DNA of 64,000 nt. It comes from Myxococcales bacterium. GTDB taxonomy: Bacteria; Myxococcota_A; Polyangia; Polyangiales; DASUME01. This document shows, in pieces, positions 50,036-58,434 of the stretch. The notes beneath the pieces are model-generated. The model searched no databases and was not told the origin of the DNA. It saw only the letters and a program-made list of their open reading frames with translations. The position numbers and the translations under genes were made by a program. The stretch is taken from assembly GCA_047601445.1 (NCBI GenBank), contig JASGJH010000001.1:5600001-5664000 (forward strand), given 5' to 3'. How positions within the stretch are numbered: the stretch's first letter is position 1; the number at the start of each line of letters is the position of its first letter.

Positions 50036-50347
50036 ATGGCTGCGAAGAAGAAGAAAGCTGCGAAGAAGGCCGCTGCCCCCAAGAAGGCTGCCAAGAAGAA
50101 GGCTGCCCCCAAGAAGGCCGCCAAGAAGAGCGTGAAGAAGGCTGGCAAGAAGGCCGCCAAGAAGGCTGGCAAGAAGGCCGCCAAGAAGGCCGCCGCCCCC
50201 AAGAAGGCTGCCAAGAAGAAGGCCGCCAAGAAGAAGGCTTCCAAGAAGAAGGCTTCCCCCGTGGTGGAGACCATCTCCACCGGCTCCTCCGAAGGCGGCG
50301 GCGAGATGCTGCTTGCCCCCGGCGACGCGGGCGAAGCCAGCTTCTGA
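50036..50347 (+). CDS. Histone H1-like Lys/Ala-rich nucleoid protein
   Basis: SD GGAGG; KKAAKK/KKAAPKK repeats; short acidic tail. Confidence 0.85.
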   Translation: MAAKKKKAAKKAAAPKKAAKKKAAPKKAAKKSVKKAGKKAAKKAGKKAAKKAAAPKKAAKKKAAKKKASKKKASPVVETISTGSSEGGGEMLLAPGDAGEASF

Positions 50348-50412
50348 TTCGACGCGCGGCCAACCCAGTCAGCTGGGGGCCGCGCTCCAGAGAAGTCCCA
50401 TGGCAGCCGGCC

Positions 50413-51249
50413 TTAGCCGGCTGCCTCTTCGGCAATACAGGCCTCGAACCCCTCTCGGTAGGTCGGATAACGAAGGCCCATGGCCAGGCACCGCATGATG
50501 CCCGAGGCGTCCACGCGTCGATCATGGCGCAAGGTCTCCGGCGCTTCCGCGATCGGCACGGCAGGTGGTACCGGTAGGCCCAGGCGGGCCGCCAGGTAGC
50601 GCACCACGTCGCCCTGCGGGGCCGGCTCGTCGTCGGCCACCACGAAGCTCTTGCCGCGCACGCGCTGCGTCATGCAGGCCAGGGAAATTGCCGCCAAATC
50701 GTCCACATGGATGCGGCAGACGTAGCCTGATCCGTCCCCTACGATGCGTGCGCTGCCGGCTCGCAGACGGGTGTGCATGCCGCTACCAGGTCCATAGATA
50801 GCGGCCGCCCGCAGCACGCTGGCCCCCGCGGCCCGCCATGGTTCCTCGGCGCTCAAGCGTCCGCGGGCGCGCGGAGAGTCGGGGTGCGGCGGGGTAGCGT
50901 CGTCGATCCGACCAGTCAGACTCCCGTACACGCCGGTGCTCGAGATGTAGACGGAGCTGTGGGCTCGTGTTGCCAACGGCGCGCACTGGGCATCGCTGAC
51001 TCCATCCGGTGGAAAGCTCACCAGGATGCCGGTGCGCTCGTCCACTTCGGACCGCAAGCTGGACTCGGAGAGTTGGGGCAGCACCAGGACCTTGGCCCCG
51101 AGCCGCTCGAGCTCCTCGGCACGCGCGGGGTTGCGCGTGGTGGCCACACAGGCGAGGCCTCGCGCACGCGCGTGACGAAGTACACGCAGACCCAGGAAGC
51201 CGCAGCCGAGCAGGAGCACCCGCTCGAGGGGAGGTTGCACGACGGTCAT
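50413..51249 (-). CDS. Atypical SDR / NAD-dependent epimerase (YeeZ-like)
   Basis: LLGCGFLG, YISSTGVYG, AIYGPG, RIHVDD, YPTYREG. Confidence 0.85.
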   Translation of the reverse strand: MTVVQPPLERVLLLGCGFLGLRVLRHARARGLACVATTRNPARAEELERLGAKVLVLPQLSESSLRSEVDERTGILVSFPPDGVSDAQCAPLATRAHSSVYISSTGVYGSLTGRIDDATPPHPDSPRARGRLSAEEPWRAAGASVLRAAAIYGPGSGMHTRLRAGSARIVGDGSGYVCRIHVDDLAAISLACMTQRVRGKSFVVADDEPAPQGDVVRYLAARLGLPVPPAVPIAEAPETLRHDRRVDASGIMRCLAMGLRYPTYREGFEACIAEEAAG

Positions 51250-52331
51250 GGCGCGCCCTCTCCCGTGAACGCGTGTAACTCGGTCGCCACGCCTTGCCCG
51301 CGCGGGCCGGACAGTCCGAGGCTGCCCCCGGGCGTGAGCACGTGGAAGCGCTGTGCGGGAAGCCCGCGCTCCACCACCGCCTGGCGCAGCCACTGTGGGC
51401 CCGCCTCGATGGGCTCATCACTGAGGTCGTAGGCTCCCCAGTGCATGCCCACGAAGTGAGTCGCGACGAGGTCGTGGTAGGCCTGCAGCGACTGCTCGGG
51501 GTTCATGTGCTGCGAAGACATGAACCACGTCGGCTCGTACGCACCGAGCGGCAGGCACGCCACGTCGATGCCCCCGAAGACCTCCCCAATCGCGCGAAAG
51601 CCCCCGAAATAGCCGGTATCTCCGGAGTGGAACACGCGGTGAGTGCCCTCCACCACGAAGCCTCCCCACAGGCTCTTGTTGGTATCGAACATGCCGCGTC
51701 TGTGCCAGTGCTGGGCCGGCACGAGATGAACGCGCACCTGGCCCAGACTCACGTACTGCCACCAATCGAGCTCCACCAGCGGACGACACACCGAGGGCAG
51801 CAGCGCCCCGAGGCCCGTCGGCACGATGAACACCGGTGCGTCACCGCGCGCCTGGTTTTCGAGCGCTAGCTGCTTGAGGGCACTCGGGTCGAGGTGGTCG
51901 TGGTGACCGTGCGTCACCAGCACCGCGTGGAGGCCGGTGAGCTCCGCGGGCTGCGCCGCGGGCGGCGTGACCCGAGACACCACTCCCCCGGCGCGCCCGA
52001 AGATGGGATCGACCACCATGCGCATTCCATCGAGCTCGAACAAGAAGGAGGCGTGGCCGATCCAGAAGAGCTTGGTGGGCAGAGCACCGAGGGCTTCGAA
52101 GTCCGAACGTGCCGCCGCCGGGATGGGCAGGGGGCGCGCGCGATAGCCCTTGGGACGCGCGAGGTTGGTCTGCGTTTTCCAGCGCAGCACGCCGGCAAAA
52201 TCGGGCAGCGGCTCGTGCTCCCATGGATTGGAGAAAACGCCGGCTGCTCCGGGGGAAGCAACGAAGGGGCCGAAGTGGTCGCGCTGTGCGGCGGAAATCG
52301 GTGTGGGTTCGGGCGTCAGACGGGGCTTCAC
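51246..52331 (-). CDS. MBL-fold metallo-hydrolase (NAPE-PLD/RomA-like); start uncertain
   Basis: WIGHASF, THGHHDHLD, PAQHW, HSGDTGY, LGAYEP...HMNP, GMHWG. Confidence 0.9.
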   Translation of the reverse strand: MKPRLTPEPTPISAAQRDHFGPFVASPGAAGVFSNPWEHEPLPDFAGVLRWKTQTNLARPKGYRARPLPIPAAARSDFEALGALPTKLFWIGHASFLFELDGMRMVVDPIFGRAGGVVSRVTPPAAQPAELTGLHAVLVTHGHHDHLDPSALKQLALENQARGDAPVFIVPTGLGALLPSVCRPLVELDWWQYVSLGQVRVHLVPAQHWHRRGMFDTNKSLWGGFVVEGTHRVFHSGDTGYFGGFRAIGEVFGGIDVACLPLGAYEPTWFMSSQHMNPEQSLQAYHDLVATHFVGMHWGAYDLSDEPIEAGPQWLRQAVVERGLPAQRFHVLTPGGSLGLSGPRGQGVATELHAFTGEGAP

Positions 52332-52640
52332 GCTCCAAGCGTGAGGACGAACGCGAAGCCTGTAAAGGGACACCGCATGAGGTCCGCCGACAAGCTCGGT
52401 GGCGTCCGCGAGGCCGACCAGAAAACCTGCCAAAAAGCCGCTCTAAGCGGGGAATCGTGCCGGAGCTCGCTTTGGCCGAGCGCGATCACGCGTGGTAGCG
52501 TGCGCTAAAGGCGTTCGAGGTGAGTCGTGCCGGGGGGCACGCGTGAACGCTGTCGTGTCCGTCATTCGCCGTGCGACCACAGGGGGGCGTGCGTCGAACC
52601 GTTCCATCGTGCGATCCGCGGGTCGCGCGGAGGTGTCGTC

Positions 52641-54377
52641 ATGTCCGTCGTCTCGATTGTCCGCCACCCGTTGAGCAAGCTCTTCACGTCCGCGGGGTTG
52701 TTCGCCATTGCCTTCGGCCTGCCCGCCCACGCCGAGCCCGCGCCTACGCCGGTGGCGATCCCGCTGCAGGCCGCGCCCGTGCCGGTGCAAGTGGTGCCCG
52801 TGGCCCCGAGCGCCCCCGTGGTGCCCGTGCAGGTGGCGGACGCAACGCCGCGACCCATCGTGCCGGCAGCGGCCCTCGCGCCAGCAGCGGCGGCTCCCGT
52901 GCCTCAGCCTCAGCCTGCGATGCCCGCGCCGGCGCCCGTACAGATCACGCCGCCGCCGATGCCTGCTCCGGCGCCCGTGCAGATGACGCCACCGTCCATG
53001 CAGCCGAGCGCCGCCCAGTACGCGCCGCAACCCGCGCAGGCCGTACCCGCCAGCTACACGCTCTCGCCCTCGCCCTCTGCGCCGGCGGAACAGCTGCCTT
53101 TCTCGACCACGGTCACGTCCACCGTGGCCGGCACGGTCATCACGCCCACGCCGAATCCGCTGCGACCCGAAGAGATCACGCGTCGCCAGGCCGAGTATCT
53201 GCAGCAGCGCTTCGATCTGGCGGGTCGCACCCATCCCACGGTCAAGATGTCGGGCGGTCGCAAATCGATCCCGGTCGGGCCCACGGCGCGCCTGGCAGCG
53301 GGCGTGACCTGGGACCGCCTGGGTCGCATGTCGCCCGAGGAGATCAAGAAGCGTGGGGCCTTCCCCTATGCGCCTCTGTGGCATCCGGCGCAGGAGAAGG
53401 GCGGCATGGTGTTCCCGCCCGTGCAGACGGGCGTGATGGTGGGGCTCGATCGCAGCGACATGCTGTTCGATCTGCCCGATGCCTACTTGCCGGAATTCCC
53501 CGCGCCCATCTACCTCACCAGCCGGCCTGATCTCGGCGACGTGAGCCAGGGCCAGCTGCTCACGCAGCACAACGTCGATACGCTGCTGGGCGAGGTGCTC
53601 ACGCCCGAGCAGCTCGAGGGCGCCAAGCTGATGCTCGAGCGCACGCCAGCCAAGCACCACAACATGAGCCAGGTCCGCGCCACGGCGCACCCGGTGCCCG
53701 GCGTCGCCTGCATGGACTGCCACGTCAACGGCCACACCACGGGTCAGTTCACGCTCACGCCCGACATGCGCCCGCAGAGCGAGCGCTTTCGCGTGGACAC
53801 GGCGTCGCTGCGCGGCGTGTACGTGCAGTCGTGGTTCGGCGTGAAGCGCTCCCTGCGCAGCCTCGAGCAGTTCATTCCGAGCGAGCAGGCCGCCTATTTC
53901 GATGGCGATGCCCAGGCCGTCCGCAGCCATGACGGGCGCATGTTGACAGCCGAGGAAGTGGACGCGATCGCGCAGTTCATCCGGCTCGTGGACTTCGCAC
54001 CGGCACCCAAGCTCACGGCCAGCGGCGCGCTCGACAAGAAGCTCGCCAGCGAGGCCGAGCTGCGGGGCGAGAAGGTCTTCGCGCAACACTGCGCGAGTTG
54101 CCACGCCAGCCAGACGTTCACCGACAACCTGGCCCATGACCTCAAAGTGGAGCGTTTCTACGATCACGTCGGCTCGACGCGCCCGGGGGTGGCCGGACGC
54201 GCCGAAGGAGCCGTGAAGACGCCCAGTTTGCGCGGCCTCAAGGATTCGCCCCCCTATCTGCACGACGGACGCTTGCTAACCCTCGAGGACACCGTGGAGT
54301 TCTTCAACATCGTGCTCCAGGCCAAGCTCGACAAGAAGCAGCGCAACGATCTAGTCGAGTATCTTCGGGCTCTTTAA
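52641..54377 (+). CDS. Secreted di-heme c protein of the cytochrome c peroxidase/MauG superfamily with a long Pro-rich N-terminal linker
   Basis: SD GGAGGT; CMDCH and CASCH heme motifs; KTPSLRG, SPPYLHDG..TLED. Confidence 0.85.
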   Translation: MSVVSIVRHPLSKLFTSAGLFAIAFGLPAHAEPAPTPVAIPLQAAPVPVQVVPVAPSAPVVPVQVADATPRPIVPAAALAPAAAAPVPQPQPAMPAPAPVQITPPPMPAPAPVQMTPPSMQPSAAQYAPQPAQAVPASYTLSPSPSAPAEQLPFSTTVTSTVAGTVITPTPNPLRPEEITRRQAEYLQQRFDLAGRTHPTVKMSGGRKSIPVGPTARLAAGVTWDRLGRMSPEEIKKRGAFPYAPLWHPAQEKGGMVFPPVQTGVMVGLDRSDMLFDLPDAYLPEFPAPIYLTSRPDLGDVSQGQLLTQHNVDTLLGEVLTPEQLEGAKLMLERTPAKHHNMSQVRATAHPVPGVACMDCHVNGHTTGQFTLTPDMRPQSERFRVDTASLRGVYVQSWFGVKRSLRSLEQFIPSEQAAYFDGDAQAVRSHDGRMLTAEEVDAIAQFIRLVDFAPAPKLTASGALDKKLASEAELRGEKVFAQHCASCHASQTFTDNLAHDLKVERFYDHVGSTRPGVAGRAEGAVKTPSLRGLKDSPPYLHDGRLLTLEDTVEFFNIVLQAKLDKKQRNDLVEYLRAL

Positions 54378-54381
54378 GAAC

Positions 54382-54457
54382 GGGGAGGGCACGCGCCCTC
54401 CCCGCCCCGCGCGGCAAAGCCGCGTCGGGCCCACCCCGCCGCGTGGTTCGCTGCGCT
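54382..54457 (+). repeat. REP-like element copy 3, with a partial hairpin copy at 54482-54497
   Basis: GGGGAGGGC-ACGC-GCCCTCCCC, GCGGC-AAA-GCCGC, CCCACCCCGCCGCGTGGTTCGCTGCGCT. Confidence 0.9.
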
Positions 54458-54941
54458 TACGGTGGACCCCTCCATCACTACGAGGGCACGCGCCCTCTGC
54501 GCGTTCGGGCAAGATTGGCGCACTCGATTGCGACAGCTGTAGCGCGCTGCGACATCCCACGTTGGCAGCGCCATCATTCTGGCGTCGAAGTCGAAATCGA
54601 TCTGACATCCAATGCTCACCGAAATGCGTTAGGAATGGTGAATCGGGGTGGGGACCCCGTGAGTTCGTGAACGCACGCGCGGCTGCGCGGGCGTCTCGTG
54701 CTCTGCTCTGCCAAGCCGTGAACCTCAGCATGGATCTTGCTCTCTGCCCGTGACGTCGTGAGTTTGACGACTCGTGACGCCGTGACGATTGCCTCCGTAG
54801 ATTGACCGCTTTGGGCGCCTGCACCGCGCGTCCACTCACCCCGCCGTATCCAGCTGATTTCCCGCGCGCTCCAACCTGGTGCGCGGTGTTTCGGCTCAGG
54901 CTTTTGCCCGCGCGCAGGCGCGCATGAGGACGAGGAACAAC

Positions 54942-56045
54942 GTGCGTATCGCCCAGATTGCACCGCTGACCGAGAGCATCCCGCCCCGCCTCCACGGCGG
55001 GAAGGCCCGCGCCATCTCCTATCTCACGGAGGAGCTGTGCGACTTGGGACACCAAGTCACCCTGTTCGCCAGCGGCGACTCGCTGACACGGGCGAAGCTT
55101 CATGCCGGCTCGAGCGTGGCGCTCGGGCCCGTGCTCGCCGGAGCGCGTGAGGTAGAAGTCGCCGAGGCGCACCGCGAGATGCTCCACGCGTTGTACGCGC
55201 AGCGCGAGCGCTTCGATGTAATCCACTTCCACCTGGATGATTGGCACCTCCTGTATCCGCCTCTACTCGAGACCTGCCACCTGACCAGCGTGCACGCTCC
55301 CTTGCACGGATCCGACGTGGCCCTGCGCACGCGCTTGAACCACCGGGGGCTGCGTCTGATGAGCGTGTCTGAGCACCAGCGCGAGGCGCTGCCCCGAGCG
55401 CACTGGCTCGGCAGCGTGCACCACGGCCTGCCCGATGGTTTCTGCCGGCCCTGCTTCGAGCCGGGGCGCTACCTGGTGTTCGTGGGTCGCGTTGGCCCCG
55501 AACGTGGGGTCGAGCAGGCGGTGACGATCGCGCGGGCCTTCGGTCTACCACTCAAGATTGCTGGCCGCGTCGAGCGCGCGGATCACGCGTTCTTTCGCGC
55601 GCTGCAAGCGAGCTTTCGGGCGAACGGAGTCGAGTACCTGGGAGAGTTGGACGAGCTGCGCAAGGACGAGCTGCTCGCGGGGGCCTACGCACTGCTCCAG
55701 CCCGGTCAAATCCCGGAGTCCTTCGCGCTCCCGGTCATCGAGGCCATGCAGTGCGGCACGCCGGTGGTGGGTCTTCGCTCGAGCGGGGTGGCAGAGCTCA
55801 TCGAAGAGGCCGTCACCGGGTTCGTGGTGAACGATGTGAGCGCGGCCACGGCCGCCCTGCATCGGGTGCCTCAGCTCGATCGCAACTACGTGGCCTGCTC
55901 GGCGCGACATCGCTTCTCCGCGCGACGCATGGCCCGGGACTACCTGCGCTGGTACGCCCGCAGCATCGCCCGGGAGCCGAGCGTTTCCTCGTCGATCGCC
56001 CACGAGACCAACGACGGGCACGCCTTCGCAGAGCCCGGCGAATAG
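54942..56045 (+). CDS. Glycosyltransferase family 4
   Basis: RIAQIAPL, VTLFASGDS, FVGRV, ESFALPVIEAMQCGTPV, TGFVV. Confidence 0.9.
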   Translation: MRIAQIAPLTESIPPRLHGGKARAISYLTEELCDLGHQVTLFASGDSLTRAKLHAGSSVALGPVLAGAREVEVAEAHREMLHALYAQRERFDVIHFHLDDWHLLYPPLLETCHLTSVHAPLHGSDVALRTRLNHRGLRLMSVSEHQREALPRAHWLGSVHHGLPDGFCRPCFEPGRYLVFVGRVGPERGVEQAVTIARAFGLPLKIAGRVERADHAFFRALQASFRANGVEYLGELDELRKDELLAGAYALLQPGQIPESFALPVIEAMQCGTPVVGLRSSGVAELIEEAVTGFVVNDVSAATAALHRVPQLDRNYVACSARHRFSARRMARDYLRWYARSIAREPSVSSSIAHETNDGHAFAEPGE

Positions 56046-56055
56046 GACCGCAGCC

Positions 56056-56640
56056 TCAGCGCGGCAGCTTGCTGAAGTGGTGATAGTCCTGCATGTCGCG
56101 AAAGTGACCTCCCCAGTACCAGCCGTGGGCCGCGAAGGTTTCGATCACCGGCCCCGGATCCACGATCATGCCCGCCCGCGCTAGGTCCCGCGCCAGGTAC
56201 GCACGGCCGGCCTCCGGATCGACCCGCTCGCCCCGTACCCAGGGGTTCTGAATCGGGTTCAAATCGATGGCCTTTCCGAGCGCATGGTGGGAGAGCAGCG
56301 CGCTGCCCTGAATGCGACGAAAGTTGAACGCCGAGCTGTTGTTGGCGGTCATGGAGGCATCGTCGTTGCCGCCGTAGGCGTCGATGCGCTGCATCCGCTC
56401 GATGGCGAAGCCGAGCTCGAACAGGCGCGCGAAGATCTGCTCCACCTCCTGGGACACGTCGCGGTGAACGACCAACTCGCCCTGATGGATCGCGCCGTCG
56501 AAGCCGTGATGGGACAGCGTGAGGAGGCGGAGCTCGTCGAACGCAGGGCATTGCGGATCCGGGTGCCAGGAGCGCCCGCTCATCTCCAGACGGACGTGCT
56601 CCGGGATCTCTGCGCTGACGAACGTGAAGGCTTGGTTCAT
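56056..56640 (-). CDS. M15-family D,D-carboxypeptidase
   Basis: NNSSAFNFR, LSHHALGKAIDLNPIQNP (SxHxxGxAxD), WGG...DYHHF. Confidence 0.9.
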   Translation of the reverse strand: MNQAFTFVSAEIPEHVRLEMSGRSWHPDPQCPAFDELRLLTLSHHGFDGAIHQGELVVHRDVSQEVEQIFARLFELGFAIERMQRIDAYGGNDDASMTANNSSAFNFRRIQGSALLSHHALGKAIDLNPIQNPWVRGERVDPEAGRAYLARDLARAGMIVDPGPVIETFAAHGWYWGGHFRDMQDYHHFSKLPR

Positions 56641-57038
56641 GGGGTCGACTCGAAGTTCACAAGCTTACTTGCTCCAGGATAGGGACGCCTCCAGGACACA
56701 ACGCGAAAATCGGGCATCGATCGCGCTGGCAGTGCTCGCGCGATGTGCGTCACGCAAATGCTCCAGGTCTGAGGCTCACGCGACAGAGAACGAGCGCAAC
56801 GTTCTTGAGTAAGCGCCACTGAGAGCGCGCGCAATGGCCGTTGACTTTCTCTCGACGGTCGACTCAAGTCTGCTGAATAATTGATCGTGACCGCGCGCTA
56901 CTCGGCGCGCTTCGACACTCATGCATTACGTCCCGGCAGCGTTCCCATCGAGGAACACGCGAGCCGGGGCGCTAGCTTGTTTTCACGGAGAAGTTACGGT
57001 TCTTGTGGGGCGCGGGGGCGCCGAAGAAGGGGCGGGAA

Positions 57039-58331
57039 ATGACGATTGCGAGACAGACTTTGCATGCTGCTTTGGTTTCGCTGCTACAGGCCGAGCGCCG
57101 TGTCTCACCGCTCGTGAGGCCGCGCTGGAATAGCTTGTTTCGCGCCCCCTCTGCTGCCGCGATCCAGTTCCTCATCTCCCAGCGCCGCACCATTCGCGAA
57201 AGCCTCGGCTTGGCCCAGGAGCGCGCCATCCTCGGCGAGGAAGCCTTCCTGGACTCGATCCTCCACGACATGGGCGAGCTCCTCACGCGTGGCCCCGGAC
57301 CCGACTCCGAGCGGCCTGGCGATCTCGAGGGTTCAGGCCACATCAAGTCCCACGGCGCCGTGCGCGCCGAACTCAGCGTGCGACACGACGTACCCGCCGC
57401 CATGCAGCGCGGCTTGTTCGCGCGTCCGCGCACGTACCGCGCCTGGGTTCAGTTCAGCACCCACGGCGGCGCTCAGGCCCGCGACCTGGACCTGCTCGGC
57501 CCGCTGGGCATGAACATCAAGCTGCTCGGCGTGCCTGGACCCAAGCTGCTCGACGACGAGCGCCAGACCCACGATCTCATCGCCAGCAGCGTACCCACCG
57601 GCGCCACCCCCGACGTGCGCGCCGACGCCGAGCTCCAGGGTGAGCTCCTGCGGGGCACCCCGCTCTTCTACTTCTTCAACCGCAAGGAGCCGCGCATCCT
57701 CGAGTTCCTGATGCAGCTCCTGTGGAACCACACCCAGACCAGCCCGCTCGAGTGCGACTACTTCAGCGGCGCGCCCTACCTGCTCGGCGAAGGTCAGGCC
57801 ATGAAGTTCACCTTGCGCAGCCGCCTGCAGACGCGGAGCCGCATCCCGCGCCTCTTGCGTGGCCCGTCGCCTCACTATCTGCGCGAGAACATGGCGCGCA
57901 CCCTGTCCAACGAGGCGGTGGAGTTCGACTTGCTGCTGCAGGTACAGACCGATCCCCACCGGATGCCCATCGAGGACTCCACCGTGATGTGGCCCGAGCA
58001 CATGTCTCCCCACGTCCCCGTGGCCGTGCTGCGCATTCCCCAGCAGACCTTCGACTCACCCGGTCAGCTCGCTTTCGCCGAGTCACTCCAGTTCAATCCG
58101 TGGCACGCCATCCCGGCGCACCGCCCGCTCGGCAATCAAAACCGGGCCCGTCGCCGTACGTACTGGGAGCTGCTGCGGCTGCGCCAGAGCCAGAACGCCG
58201 AGCCTCCCTGCGAGCCCACCGGCGACGAGGTGTTCGACATCTCCATGCCCAGCGGCCCGGGTGGGCGCGCAGCGTGGGCTCGCCCGCACAAGAACGGCGG
58301 GGCCGGCGAGCTGCGACCTCGGTTGCACTGA
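57039..58331 (+). CDS. Catalase-like heme protein (short catalase-related family)
   Basis: HIKSHGAVRAEL distal-His motif, MPIED, FNPWHA...HRPLG..NRARRRTY proximal-Tyr motif. Confidence 0.82.
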   Translation: MTIARQTLHAALVSLLQAERRVSPLVRPRWNSLFRAPSAAAIQFLISQRRTIRESLGLAQERAILGEEAFLDSILHDMGELLTRGPGPDSERPGDLEGSGHIKSHGAVRAELSVRHDVPAAMQRGLFARPRTYRAWVQFSTHGGAQARDLDLLGPLGMNIKLLGVPGPKLLDDERQTHDLIASSVPTGATPDVRADAELQGELLRGTPLFYFFNRKEPRILEFLMQLLWNHTQTSPLECDYFSGAPYLLGEGQAMKFTLRSRLQTRSRIPRLLRGPSPHYLRENMARTLSNEAVEFDLLLQVQTDPHRMPIEDSTVMWPEHMSPHVPVAVLRIPQQTFDSPGQLAFAESLQFNPWHAIPAHRPLGNQNRARRRTYWELLRLRQSQNAEPPCEPTGDEVFDISMPSGPGGRAAWARPHKNGGAGELRPRLH

Positions 58332-58434
58332 GCGGGCGACCGCAGCGAACCGACCTGGGTTCCGGGCACCTAGTAGCGATCGCAGCGAGCTTCCAGCTTC
58401 TTGTATCCCATGAGAGCCCATGCCATACGGGGGT

